Shown here one piece after another: positions 34,404 to 47,422 of a stretch of DNA of 64,000 nucleotides. Position numbers and translations under genes: made by a program. This stretch comes from Macrostomum lignano (taxonomy: Eukaryota). The stretch covers positions 60,815 to 124,814 of the forward strand of contig NIVC01003104.1 in assembly GCA_002269645.1 (NCBI GenBank), read 5' to 3'. Below the pieces are notes generated by a model. The model did not search any database. It had not been told where the DNA came from and was given only the letters and a program-made list of their open reading frames with translations. Each line of letters begins with the position of its first letter. Within the stretch, counting starts at the first letter, position 1.

Positions 34404-36743
34404 TTTGAGCCTAAAGACGAGGATATATGAGCATGAAATGATTGAGCCTCTTCCCCGGCTAGTTTCCAATCCAAGAATTCCGGGAGTCCCTGGAAATCTG
34501 CAAAGTTGTGGGGATCGGTTTTACATTATTGTTAGACAGCATTTAATGAGGCCCGCCCCCCGGCTGCTGATTAAGAGAGCAGATAAAGACGGATAGCTTG
34601 CAGCGGGACCCCCCTCCACCCTGCATTTGCATTTCGATTCGGGCCATGCTGGCGGGAGGTAAGAGAAATTGAAAATTCCAGGGACAGCTAGACCGCCCTG
34701 ACGGCCACTAAAAAGCGAAATTTCAACAACAAAAATTATGCACGGAAGCGGCTGGTCGCAAACTGACCGATCATAAATGCAGAGTCAGCTGACCCGTCCT
34801 CTAATGAGCTCATGCTGCAGCATTCGGTTGCCCACTAACAGCGGGAGTTGTTAAAGTTGCAGACTGGGGCGAAGCGTCTCCCTGTTCGCGACCCCCTTCG
34901 AGATGGATTAAGCAAAGCCAGACTCGAGAGGCCTCGCCGTTCGGCCGTGTGTTTAACAAACATTCAGTCCAATTCGACATTCGAGTTCGAGCCCGGTGAG
35001 CCGGGCGCCCACCTGGGGTGCCTCATTAAGCCAGCAGCTTGAAAACGCGTTGAGGCCCGGCCGGAGTCGATGGGGCTAAGAGAGGGGAATCAAATTGGGA
35101 AGTGTGAGGATGGGATAAACTGGGGGACTTATTTAGGGGCCCAGGCACGCACCGAGGGCTGTTGAGTCTGCAGGAGTCTCCAACTCTGGGCCAAGCCGTG
35201 TGCCAACAACTCGCGCACACAAACACCTCCTGCTCAGCGCCAGTCCGGAAAGTCAGGAGCCCCGCCGAGTCCGAGTGTGCCAGGCCGAGCCCCCCCCTCC
35301 CAGCGCATGCAAGAATGCGGAGCGTGAGGTCTCCAATTAGGTTGGCGCTGATAATTATGCCAATTGTGCTGGTGCGCCCGCGCCACCATCAGCACACACT
35401 AGCCCTCCGCTTGGCCCAGTCAGCCGCGAGCTCCTTCATCGCTTCATCGTCTCAGCCTCCCCCTGCCTGAGTCCACCCGCCCGCACCCACCTCTCAGTAG
35501 AGCAGGAGAAGCTAGATTGGCGTTAAAATCAGAGAGAAAGTCTTAGGGGGAGACACGATGCCGGCTCGAGTATAGGAAATTCGGCACTTAAAGTCGTTCA
35601 AGCCTTGCTCAAGTGCGGGTCGTGTTGAGTCAGCTGCGGCTCAAGTTGTGCAAAAACACTCCCAACTAACTTGTGACAAGGGACTTCTTCGTTAGGAGGA
35701 CTTGGCCACTCTCAAACGGTGGCGGATTGTACAGCATCGAAGCTTCAGTTTTAGTCCCGGAGCTGATTTTTAGCTGCTCGCAGAGGACTGACTCTACATG
35801 CACAGCGGCCATGACTTTCTAATCGTCAGGCATGTACACTCCCTGTGCCTTGGGGGTCATGGCAACGTATGAATCGAATCAGTGTGTACTTTGGCGCCGA
35901 GCTGGTCCGCCTCCTCTCGCTTCAGTTAATAATTTTCTTATTGAGACTTTGAAATGTTTGTCCGAATTCGGAAGAGAACGGCTGCTTGGGGGGAGCTGTC
36001 CCACCACGCATAGGAGGCCCAGGTGATGCCAATCTGGTGGCACGCGCCGACGGTCTCACACTCGAAGACGGAATTAATTTTGCACCTATCATTAGCGAGG
36101 CGGCTTTAGCAAAATGCAATTATAACAGACTATAGAGATGGACGGACATCCCGTTACCATTATAGAAAAGTAGCAGTTTTGATGTTGAGACAGATTCCCA
36201 ACAGTATCCAGTTTCACTCTCTCATCCCTATTCCCATCCAGCTAAACAACTATGGTGCGAATTGTCCCCACTATACAGGCCATGTAGGCATGCAAGGCTT
36301 ACACAAACTTTGCACAAAACCGAAACGAGATCCTCCGAGGGCGGGCCCGTCCAGGCCGGCTGTCCGGGGCCTGGTGAAACTCAATCCGCTCGTTTTTTTG
36401 TCTCGTCCGTAACTTACCAGAGCCGCCAACCCCACCAGCGCGCGCCTGTAACCATTATTTTTCCAACGCGATATTGAGACGCGGAGGGCTGCGTGTTTTG
36501 TGGCAACGATTTATTATAATAGCTGAGTAGTGCCGACTCAAAATCACTCATTATGAGTATGTTATCTCATTGACTCACTGCGTGTTGCATGCGCCCAGCT
36601 TTTGTGAGTTCAAAGATATTTTGTCTATAAAAATAAATATCAATATTCTCAGAGGAGGATGTGAGCACCACCCTGGCGCAACGCCTTCGGCAACATGGTC
36701 TCACAACCAGCGCTGAGGCAATTCTGTCAGGCATGTACACTCT

Positions 36744-38190
36744 CTGAATATGGAGTCTAGTGTGAGAGTCAGGCTGAATATGGAGTCTAGTGTGAGAGTC
36801 AGGCTGAATATGGAGTCTAGTGTGAGAGTCAGGCTGAATATGGAGTCTAGTGTGAGAGTCAGGCTGAATATGGAGTCTAGTGTGAGAGTCAGGCTGAATA
36901 TGGAGCATAGTGTGAGAGTCAGGCTGAATATGGAGCATAGTGTGAGAGTCAGGCTGAATATGGAGCATAGTGTGAGAGTCAGGCTGAATATGGAGCATAG
37001 TGTGAGAGTCAGGCTGAATATGGAGTCTAGTGTGAGAGTCAGGCTGAATATGGAGTCTAGTGTGAGAGTCAGGCTGAATATGGAGCACAGTGTGAGAGTC
37101 AGGCTGAATATGGAGTCTAGTGTGAGAGTCAGGCTGAATATGGAGTCTAGTGTGAGAGTCAGGCTGAATATGGAGCACAGTGTGAGAGTCAGGCTGAATA
37201 TGGAGTCTAGTGTGAGAGTCAGGCTGAATATGGAGTCTAGTGTGAGAGTCAGGCTGAATATGGAGCATAGTGTGAGAGTCAGGCTGAATATGGAGCATAG
37301 TGTGAGAGTCAGGATGAATATGGAGCATAGTGTGAGAGTCAGGCTGAATATGGAGCATAGTGTGAGAGTCAGGCTGAATATGGAGTCTAGTGTGAGAGTC
37401 AGGCTGAATATGGAGCACAGTGTGAGAGTCAGGCTGAATATGGAGTCTAGTGTGAGAGTCAGGCTGAATATGTAGTCTAGTGTGAGAGTCAGGCTGAATA
37501 TGGAGTCTAGTGTGAGAGTCAGGCTGAATATGGAGTCTAGTGTGAGAGTCAGGCTGAATATGGAGCATAGTGTGAGAGTCAGGCTGAATATGGAGTCTAG
37601 TGTGAGAGTCAGGCTGAATATGGAGCATAGTGTGAGAGTCAGGCTGAATATGGAGCATAGTGTGAGAGTCAGGCTGAATATGGAGCATAGTGTGAGAGTC
37701 AGGCTGAATATGGAGCATAGTATGAGAGTCAGGCTGAATATGGAGTCTAGTGTGAGAGTCAGGCTGAATATGGAGCATAGTGTGAGAGTCAGGCTGAATA
37801 TGGAGCATAGTGTGAGAGTCAGGATGAATATGGAGCATAGTGTGAGAGTCAGGCTGAATATGGAGCATAGTGTGAGAGTCAGGCTGAATATGGAGTCTAG
37901 TGTGAGAGTCAGGCTGAATATGGAGTACAGTGTGAGAGTCAGGCTGAATATGGAGTCTAGTGTGAGAGTCAGGCTGAATATGGAGTCTAGTGTGAGAGTC
38001 AGGCTGAATATGGAGTCTAGTGTGAGAGTCAGGCTGAATATGGAGCATAGTGTGAGAGTCAGGCTGAATATGGAGTCTAGTGTGAGAGTCAGGCTGAATA
38101 TGGAGTCTAGTGTGAGAGTCAGGCTGAATATGGAGTCTAGTGTGAGAGTCAGGCTGAATTTGGAGCATAGTGAGAGAGTCAGGCTGAATG
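36744..38190 (+). repeat. Minisatellite, 30-bp unit (TGGAGTCTAGTGTGAGAGTCAGGCTGAATA; TCT/CAT/CAC variants), ~48 copies
   Basis: Direct tandem repeat. Confidence 0.97.
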
Positions 38191-39052
38191 CAGAGGGAGA
38201 GACTTATGAAGAAGTGGGTTTGCCAGACATGGAAAAAAATGGAAGCCTTCGAAGTCCCATTCAAACACAGCGATGTCAAAGCTAAAATTTACAGACGGCG
38301 CCCCTGCTGCGTCTGGCTGAATCAAAAGATTTTTGAAAAGCTTAACAAAGTGGCCAACAAGCACAGAAATGCGACTGTTTCCCTTCGAAAAGTCTTTGTG
38401 CGACAATCTTTATTGACCAAGACAGAGATCTGGGACATTGGGGGGCACTAATCTTGTTTTGGCCAACATTGGCTGCAGCCGCCCCCCGTGTCCCCGCCGT
38501 GCCACGCACGCGCACTTGACTCTATTTTATCCCCAATCTGCGCCTCTGCTCCCCAGTCTCCGCAGGTGGTCCTCTGGACGGCGCGGGCCTGCACCATTTA
38601 TCTGACCGGAGATCCTCGCTGCCACCGAACCCATCCCAAGGGGACCTCGAGTGTTTCTGGGAATGGGAATCGGGAGGAACAGTCGCACTTGACCACTGAC
38701 TGCCGGCCGCTTGGGGAGGGGAGTGGAGGGTTGGAGCGAGTTGGCTAAAATGGGATAATTGCCTTGTTGTTCCCTCTCTCGCATGCTCTATCAATCCCGG
38801 GTGGGGCTGGGGGACCCGCGGCCCCAATGGCCCCCGCGGGGACTCCCGGCCATAGAGGGGCCAATTGCAGATTTCCACCGCAGATACCCGGGCCGCAGCA
38901 GCAGCAGCAGTCGCTGTTTGTTTTGCGGGGCCCCGTCCCATACAGTCCGGTGTTTGGCCCCGCCCCCGGCTTTCAATCTGCATGGTCCATCGTTAGCTAT
39001 GGGTGGCTATAGCTGGGCCAAGGACTTCTTAAATCAGAACCAGGAGTGCCCA

Positions 39053-39797
39053 CTTTTCACCAAATCTTCACCAAATCTTCACACCAAATCGTCACACCAA
39101 ATCTTCACCAAATCTGCACCAAATCTTCACCAAATCTTCACCAAATCTTCACCAAATCTGCACCAAATCTTCACCAAATCTGCACCAAATCTTCACCAAA
39201 TCTTCCCAAAATCTTCACACCAAATCTTCACCAAATCTACACCAAATCTTCACCAAATCTTCACCAAATTTTCACCAAATCTTCACACCAAATCGTCACA
39301 CCAAATCTTCACCAAATATTCTCCAAATCTTAACCAAATCTTCACCAAATCTTCACCAAATCTTCACACCAAATCGTCACACCAAATCTTCACCAAATAT
39401 TCTCCAAATCTTAACCAAATCTTCATCAAATCCTCACCAAATCTTCACACCAAATCGTCACACCAAATCTTCACCAAATATTCTCCAAATCTTCACCAAA
39501 TCTTCACCAAATATTCTCCAAATCTTCACCAAATCTTCACCACATATTCACCAAATCTTCACCAAATCTTCCCAAAATCTTCACACCAAATCTTCACCAA
39601 ATCTTCACCAAATCTTTACCAAATCTTCACCAAATCTTCACCAAATCTTTACCAAATCTTCACCAAATCTTCACCAAATCTTCACCAAATCTTCACCAAC
39701 TCTATCAACTCTTCACCGACTCGTCACCAACTGTTTATCAGATCTTCACTGACTCTTTATCAATTCTTCACCATCAACTCTTCACCAACTCTTGGTT
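39053..39797 (+). repeat. Degenerate minisatellite, 11-bp unit (CACCAAATCTT)
   Basis: Direct tandem repeat. Confidence 0.93.
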
Positions 39798-42305
39798 GAG
39801 ATGCGGTGAATCAGAGAGTTGGGGAAGGATTGGCCCTCCAGGAGTCAGGTTCAAGGTGTCCCTGGGTCTCGAAGATTCCCGCTGAGCGGCGCGATGCTCT
39901 GCGGAGATACAGTCGACCGCGAGAGAGCGCAGCGCGGAGGGAGATCCCCGTTGGGATCTCAGAGCAACTTCGCCAACACGCCAACTTTGATGGCAATGTG
40001 TGGGATTCCGAGGGAAGGAAGGACTGTGTATTATTCCCTATTAGACACGTTGACGGTTCGAAACAGTCTGACATTTCCAATTTCGAAGATTTTTAAAAAG
40101 TCTTGAAAGTGCACTAAATACTTTTTGATGTTATCGACAAGTCAAAGCCAGCCAATGATCTGGGAGGCATTGTGTGCAGCTATAGATGACAATTCCAGCA
40201 TAAGAGGCGCGAGTCACTTCGTTATTGGCATCTCCTTATTTCTCAAGTGGATTTTTCACCATAATCTGGCCTAAGGCATCGAGGCCGCCATTGTATTTGA
40301 GAACACTTGACTCAGTTCTAATCTACAAAAGCCATATACTCGTATTGTTATCCAAATATGCCTCATTCGCCATGATTTATGCCATAAATTGAGTCTCTGA
40401 TGAAAAAAACTTGAAAAATCCAACGTGGCTGAGAAGCTGCTCAACGCGGACTGGAATCTCGACAAGGGCTTAAAGATAACATTCGAACACAGAGGGGAAC
40501 AATGCTTACCGATGAGGAAAAACTTAGATCTCAACCATCCACCCCCCCCCCCCAAAGAAAGCCAGGATAAAGTCAGACTGAAGGGCCTGACTGAACTCTG
40601 TTTGATCCGAGCTCAGTTGCGTGTCCGGCGTCTCCAACTCCCCCAAACGAAGCCCGTGTGGCAAAAAAACGACCAACTGGCCCTTTGAGCCGCCCGCTCG
40701 GACGTGACTTGCCGTCCACTCGGCCGGCCGGCCGTCCGGAGCCGCTGCCGCTCTTTGTTACAAAGAGTTTCCAGCGTAATTGGAAAACAATTAAACAACT
40801 GGCGGATCCTGTTTCTCTGCCTGTGCTGACCAGACTCTTCTTTTTAACTTGGCTTTTTCCTCTGGTCATTTCAAATCGCGACTTCTTCCGGCTTTTCGAG
40901 TCTCCAAGGCGTCCCAATTTACCGGGGGGGGGGCAGCTCAGTTTCTGGCCTCCGTTAGACATCAAAGCACAGAGGAGACCCTTAATTGCCTGTGTCCAAC
41001 AATGACCAGTCACGATTCCTCAGCCGTTGGAGCTCAGAGAATCCCCCGTCCCGTGCCTCATCTTCTCCTGCTCAGCGGGCGGGTGCCCCTGCGGCTCAAA
41101 GCAGCTCTCGAACCCTCTGGGCAGCTTTCCCTTTTTGTCATTCTCTCTTTAGCAAAACTTTGCGAAAGATTCAGCCAGCTTTTTAAAGCGCAATAGAAAA
41201 ACGGTTCGTCCCCTCGGAGCACGGCCCCTGCGAGTTTTGCCCAAACAGGAGCCGCCTCTCAGCAACCGCCTTTGCCCGCGGCCCCCTGCCGGCTCCCTCC
41301 GAGCTAATAAGAGCCGAGACGCCGACTCTGAGCGAGCCTCGCCTTCCGGTTTGCTCCGAAGCCGCAAGGGAGCTGCTCATTCATTTCCCATTTCCTCATT
41401 CCTACAAGCTTTGCCCCCCCTCCAGCCCACAGCAGTGTATCATCACTGGTTGTCGGGCAATTATGCAGAGACCAACAGAGGAGGGCACACACTGGGACAG
41501 ACTTTCTGATTTCGCACCGTCAAGGCAATCAGTCCGCTCGGGCCCCGCGGCGGGGAGGCGGGAAGACAGGGCACGAAGAAGCTTCAGCTTCGTCTGCAAA
41601 AAATTTGGAGAAAGCGGAATCGAGCGCTTCCGGAAAGATTCGAAAAGGAGCCTCGGGGGAGGGGGGGGCGGTTGCCAGGAGACTCGTCAACTGAGTAGCT
41701 ATTTGAGAGCTGAGAACTGCAAATCACCGATTGTTATTCAATCTCAATCTGGATCGATCGAAACTTGATAGCTCATAGGAAAACTCGCAGATAGGAACCG
41801 CCGTTCAAAAGAGATTTTTTTAGAAATCGAATTTCGCCGGCATTTGGTCGGCAACAATCGAACCGGCCAATCTGCCCCGTGCGGGCTGGGATTCAAAAAA
41901 TTTCGTTACAAAAGTCAAGAATTCGCTTTGAGTCAAAAATGTTTCAATCAATAATTGAGTGAATTGAGCTAATTGTGTCTTTAACCATCCATGTCTCTCA
42001 ATTCTGTTAGCCAGTCTCCCATGCAAATTTGATAATCCGATACACTTACAAAAAGCATCTGATGCCTGAGAAACTGTGGGCAGATGATCGATGAGCACTG
42101 ACCCCACTGGCTCTGTGTGCAACCATATAAAATTTAACCAAAAATGGCCTCTTTATCAGTCTTTCGCTAAAAAATTACTTTAGTTTCATCCACATTTGCC
42201 TGCTGAGAATCGAGCCTACGACCGCGGGCAAAAAGCTTCTACGCTTTGATCGAGCATTGCTCAGAACTGCTCAGAAGTTCGTTTTTTTAAACAAGCACAA
42301 AAATT

Positions 42306-42630
42306 GTGCTGGCGCCTCTGGTGCTGGCGCCTCTGGTGCTGGCGCCTCTGGTGCTGGCGCCTCTGGTGCTGGCGCCTCTGGTGCTGGCGCCTCTGGTGCT
42401 GGCGCCTCTGGTGCTGGCGCCTCTGGTGCTGGCGCCTCTGGTGCTGGCGCCTCTGGTGCTGGCGCCTCTGGTGCTGGCGCCTCTGGTGCTGGCGCCTCTG
42501 GTGCTGGCGCCTCTGGTGCTGGCGCCTCTGGTGCTGGCGCCTCTGGTGCTGGCGCCTCTGGTGCTGGCGCCTCTGGTGCTGGCGCCTCTGGTGCTGGCGC
42601 CTCTGGTGCTGGCGCCTCTGGTGCTGGCGC
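42306..42630 (+). repeat. Perfect minisatellite, 15-bp unit (TGGCGCCTCTGGTGC), ~22 copies
   Basis: All copies are identical. Confidence 0.97.
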
Positions 42631-43177
42631 ATACGAGTACTCAACTCTCAACTCAATTGGTGCCCAGTGAAAGAAGATTAGGTTTGCGTACAGACAACCC
42701 TTCCCCAAATAGAAAATTTTGGCTACGCTCTGAGCGTGGATGCGATGTGCTTAGCCTGAAAATATTATTCAGTCACTATATGTACTACTTACAGTAAGAG
42801 ATTGCAAGTAAGTAGTGGAAATCACCCGCGTTGAATTTAAATACAAATTCAATGAAGCTTTCGTACTAAGCAAGCAATATACAGTGTGTAATATCAAGGA
42901 CATAAAAGCGATTGACATAGGCTTGTACATACAAAGCATCAAGCGTAATCAGTGTATTATTTCTTCTCTTGAAAAGGACTGAAAACCAAAAAAATGAATT
43001 CGGTGATCCAAGTGCTTTACAGGAAACTAGCTATCAAAATAACTGTCAAAACCAAAGCAACAAATAAATTTGATTGGGAAAACGGAGATTTCATTAGGGT
43101 GTAGCTTTTCTCGAGTTAAATTCAACAAATTGCAACGAGGCTCTGCCAAATCTGGGCCAAAAGCCCGAGAACATGGC

Positions 43178-43730
43178 CTTTCATAAACCTCAACCTTCAC
43201 AAACCTCAACCTTCACAAACCTCAACCTTCATAAACCTCAACCTTCACAAACCTCAACCTTCACAAACCTCAACCTTCACAAACTTCAACCTTCACAAAC
43301 CTCAACCTTCACAAACCTCAACCTTCATAAACCTCAACCTTCACAAATCTCAACCTTCACAAATCTCAACCTTCACAAACCTCAACCGTCACAAACCTCA
43401 ACCTTCACAAATCTCAACCTTCACAAACCTCAACCTTCACAAACCTCAACCTTCACAAACCTCAACCTTCACAAACCTCAACCTTCACAAACCTCAACCT
43501 TCACAAACTTCAACCTTCACAAACCTCAACCTTCACAAACCTCAACCGTCACAAACCTCAACCTTCACAAATCTCAACCTTCACAAACCTCAACCTTCAC
43601 AAACCTCAACCTTCACAAACCTCAACCTTCACAAACCTCAACCTTCACAAACCTCAACCTTCACAAACCTCAACCTTCACAAATCTGAACCTTCACAAAC
43701 CTCAATCTTCACAAACCTCAACCTTCAAAG
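43178..43730 (+). repeat. Minisatellite, 16-bp unit (AAACCTCAACCTTCAC)
   Basis: Direct tandem repeat related to the AATCCCCAAACTTCAC family. Confidence 0.96.
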
Positions 43731-43916
43731 CACCAACTTTGCCCAGTTGGATTCTTAAAATCGTGAAAAAATCAGAGGCTGCAAAGTTTAGGCCTTGTGA
43801 ATTTTTTGGACTCGTGAAGCTCTTCTTCCAGCAAACAACGCATCCGGTGAGGTGGACAAGATGATGCAGGCAGCTGTCAAACCGCCATCGGAGAGGCAGT
43901 CAGCCCTGAGCCCCCC

Positions 43917-44945
43917 TCATACCAGGCCGTGAGAGTCCAGGCCGAGCTTGCGCTGCAGGTCTAACATCACGCGGTCGAACTCCGACTCCAGTTGGCCACC
44001 GCGCTGCTCCGCGGCCGACACCTCCGCTGCCAGTCGGTCCGCCTGCTGCTGCTGCGCCTGCTGCTGCTGACCGCGCCGTCTGCCAGATGGGACGAGACGC
44101 CCGGAGGCCAGGCGCTGCTGCTGTTGCTGCTGCTGATTCCTGACTGAGAAGCCGCCGCTCTCCACCGCCGACCCGCCGCCGCGCTCGAACTTCAACGGCC
44201 GCTCGCCGATCACGGAGACGCCGGCGGGCCCCGACGGAATCGGCGTCGGCGGTATTGACGAAGACGACGACGAGGACTGCTGACGTCGCCGCTGCTCAGC
44301 CGGGCCGCCAGTGCGGGGCCGTTGCCGCCCGCCGCCGATTGACGAATTCGGACGCGGAGGCGGCGGGCAAGCGGCCGACTGGACGCGGGCGTTGGCGCGG
44401 GCCATCAGGCTCTGCGGGTCGAACAGGTCGTCTGGAGGCTGCGGCGGTGGTGCCGGTGCCGGCATCCGCGGTGATACGCGGGCAACTGGCGCGCCCGAAG
44501 CTGGCAAGACGAGGTCGCGGACTCGAATCCCCGTTGCTGAAGCCCCGGTACCACCGCTGCCGCCGCCAAAGTGGCTGGCATTGCCGGACGTCGGTCGAAA
44601 TGAGACTCGGCGCTTCTGGGTGTCCCAGGCGGCTCGGAGCTCCTCCTGGCTGAGCAGGTCTTCCAGCTGAGACACGCGACGGCGGAGGGCTTCTTTCTGC
44701 TCGTGAGAGAGCAGCAACGTCGATGCCGACGGCTCCAAGTCTTCCACCGCCGCTTCGCCAGTCCAGTTGACGGCGTCAGCCAGCTGGTCGGTGGCCTCCT
44801 GGCTGCCGGCCCAGGCGGCGCGGACCAGCGCCACCACTGTGGCCAGTTGAGTGCGCAGCTCGGCGGCTTCGTGTTCCAGCTGCTGGATTCGCCTGCGGCT
44901 GTCTGCGCCGTCGCCGGCGTTTGGCGAAGCTGGTCGCTGCTGCAT
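43917..44945 (-). CDS. Hypothetical protein, 342 aa, with N- and C-terminal predicted coiled coils and a P/G/S/Q-rich middle
   Basis: GC-rich ORF with codon style like the other distal exons. Heptad-like segments RIQQLEHEAAELRTQLATVVALV and RLAAEVSAAEQRGGQLESEFDRVMLDLQRKL. A polypyrimidine tract plus CTGCAG acceptor lies 2 nt before the ATG, so upstream exons or trans-splicing are possible. Confidence 0.65.
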   Translation of the reverse strand: MQQRPASPNAGDGADSRRRIQQLEHEAAELRTQLATVVALVRAAWAGSQEATDQLADAVNWTGEAAVEDLEPSASTLLLSHEQKEALRRRVSQLEDLLSQEELRAAWDTQKRRVSFRPTSGNASHFGGGSGGTGASATGIRVRDLVLPASGAPVARVSPRMPAPAPPPQPPDDLFDPQSLMARANARVQSAACPPPPRPNSSIGGGRQRPRTGGPAEQRRRQQSSSSSSSIPPTPIPSGPAGVSVIGERPLKFERGGGSAVESGGFSVRNQQQQQQQRLASGRLVPSGRRRGQQQQAQQQQADRLAAEVSAAEQRGGQLESEFDRVMLDLQRKLGLDSHGLV

Positions 44946-47422
44946 CTCTGCAGTGTATGTTGAGCAAAAGCAAAATTAAAGCAATACTAGCCATTGTAAA
45001 CCATGGAACTTAAGCTATTATTTGAAGTAGCGGTTTTAAGAGTTAAATAAAAATAGGCATAGCCTACTCAGGTGAAAAATAGGAGATTGGTAAAAAATCT
45101 CATTTTTAGTAATATTATTTCAGCCAAAGTTGCTATTTGCAGTTGTGTTAAGAAAGGCACTACTATTGGTTCTAGCTCATTTTTAATCTTAGTGATTTGA
45201 GCTAAGAGTTTTTTACTTTTACTTTAAAGGTCATGAGAATTTGAATTTAGCAGCTAAGCCCTAACTTTAATATCAGCCTAGACTTATAGAACGTGTAACA
45301 ATAATATAAATTACATACAGTATTAAGTAGTTCATTTTGATATACGAGCGTAAAAACAAAGTAAAATATCACACAACTTAGTAGTTTGCTATTAAAAACA
45401 TTTCGGACTTTTAATATGGCTTGTTATAAATGCAACATTTCTGATGCTAATAGATAAACTCTATAGTCACATTCACAATCATTTTTAAGGAATGAGGATG
45501 CATCCAGCAGAGCAAATTACTACTACGAGCTGAGAAAGTAAAGCAAATTAGTCTTTAAAATTAAAAAATCTAATATTTAAATGATTTCGAGTAATATTTT
45601 TCAAACTTTCAGAACTATGTAATCCAATTGAAATCATACTGCTTCTATAGGCATCAATATCTCATACCTGGTCAGCTGTAGCTCATCAAAACTTAAAAAA
45701 TCTAATCAGTTAACCCCAAGCCCAAGGCACACAAACAAAATGTAAAAGCTATATATACAGATTGAATAATAAATAGAAACAAAGATAGTATCGCATTGTA
45801 TATTCTTTGAAATTGGATCGTAAAAATATTCGGATCTGCATCTGCATGCTGTTGAATCTTCAGACGAAGTGAAAAGTGTTTTTGGAGTATTAATAACTAG
45901 AATTCTCAACATTGAAGTCATGTCATAGACGGCGTAAGTAGTTACTACAATATTAGTATAAAATTTCAGGTCGGAACCACAAATTTTGAAATAAATTTTA
46001 TCAATACAGCTAATCTCAAATGCCTTAATTTTTTCAATGTTTTATGTCTAAAACTCTCTTAAGAATATTTGTTTGAATGCTTGTAGCTTTCGGGTTTGGA
46101 AATTTGAACGCCGTTACAATAATTGATGGACCGACTTTAAAATGAAATTGCTTCAGTGATCAACTATCGTCAATAGATAACATAGATCAGCGGTTAAAAT
46201 TCATAACATAAAAAATCTTTTTACAGAACAATTCGTCACAAGATGTCGAATTGAATCTGGTTTAATTCATGCATCAAAACATTAGGCTTCCACAAAGCCG
46301 CTCCATTGGTACCAACGTTTTCAAAATAGCCTGATATACTTTATCTTCTCACATCTTGCTAAAAATAGTTAAGCAAACAGCAGTCTTTATATAATCCAGA
46401 GAAAAAATTCATTAACGTAATTCAGCTTATATAAATAGGGGTCTCAATTCTCTCTTAAGTTAAATATCATTAACGGTGATATTGCCAATATACATGTACT
46501 CGTACATGTACATATACTACATGAATACCCACGTACGCGTACGCGCTCTATGCTATGGCAATAGCTGTTACACATAAAGTGATACTTTTGGTTCTGGCCG
46601 CAACTTTTAAAAGTACTGGGATTTTAACATAATTACATGTAGCTATCTGCGATAGATAAAAATATTGAGAAAATTGAGAATATGACAACTTTAAAAGATG
46701 TGTGCGTACACGTGTATGTGCTTGCAAATTGCACTGTATTGAAGCATAAATATTATTTTTATTTAAAGGAGACTAAACTACATAAGCCATCAAAATAAAG
46801 ATATAACCTTTTTGACCTTTTGCCTTTGTTCTTCAAAAACATCTGAACCTCATCCGAGTTACTAAAATGATCGTATTATTAGCCATCAAAGTTCCGGAGG
46901 GGTGACTGTACATGTACATTCGCAATTTTAGCAGCAAAAGTTCTGAACAGCAGCAATATTTTATTTCCGGAAAGACAATAAAAACTTTTCCCAGAAACTT
47001 ATAGAAAATAATTCACACAAAAATCATAGAAAAAGTCTATCTTATTGAACCGCTATTTCTGCATGGCTATTTGGGGCTCACTATACCTACTTACATGTAA
47101 GCTATAATTTTAATAATAATTTTAACCATACGAGCTACTTATGAATAACGCCTGAACTTGATAAGAGATCTCAAATTGTGAGCACACATGCAAGCATGCG
47201 CGATACGAACAGCCAGCTATCAAACGTTGTATGCTCACGCATGCTTGGCAACGTCCAAGTGAAAGAAAAATAGCTCATTCCAGTTTTTTTGAAAATTTGC
47301 CTGTCTCAATCGTGAGCACATGTTTAATGATCTTCAGCATATTAGGCGCAATTTCGACGAGATTGTATGGTAATTTCAATAGAAAAACAAAACTATTTGA
47401 GTAACCAAAGTTTCCAATTCTA

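Noticed and set aside
38188-38451. WDIGG resembling an Arf/Arl GTPase G3 motif
   Set aside because: No P-loop upstream, and a stop follows immediately with no splice donor.
34975-40075. B-box-like GTTCGA motifs (~34985, ~40057) suggesting tRNA genes
   Set aside because: No A-box at the right spacing and no acceptor or anticodon stems.
6080-40410. CTGATGA...GAAA hammerhead-like cores (~6085, ~40396)
   Set aside because: No stem II pairing and no flanking stems I/III.
17398-43688. Many ORFs in minisatellites (APAPRRQHR, ECQEVCFG, CRDIG, HIQPDSHT, GASGA, KPQPSQT etc.)
   Set aside because: Frame-independent artefacts of short stop-free units, with no starts, splice context or unique coding flanks.
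45706-45921. 71-aa ORF as first exon of the coiled-coil gene
   Set aside because: No suitable phase-1 donor found before its stop; AT-rich with no recognisable motif.
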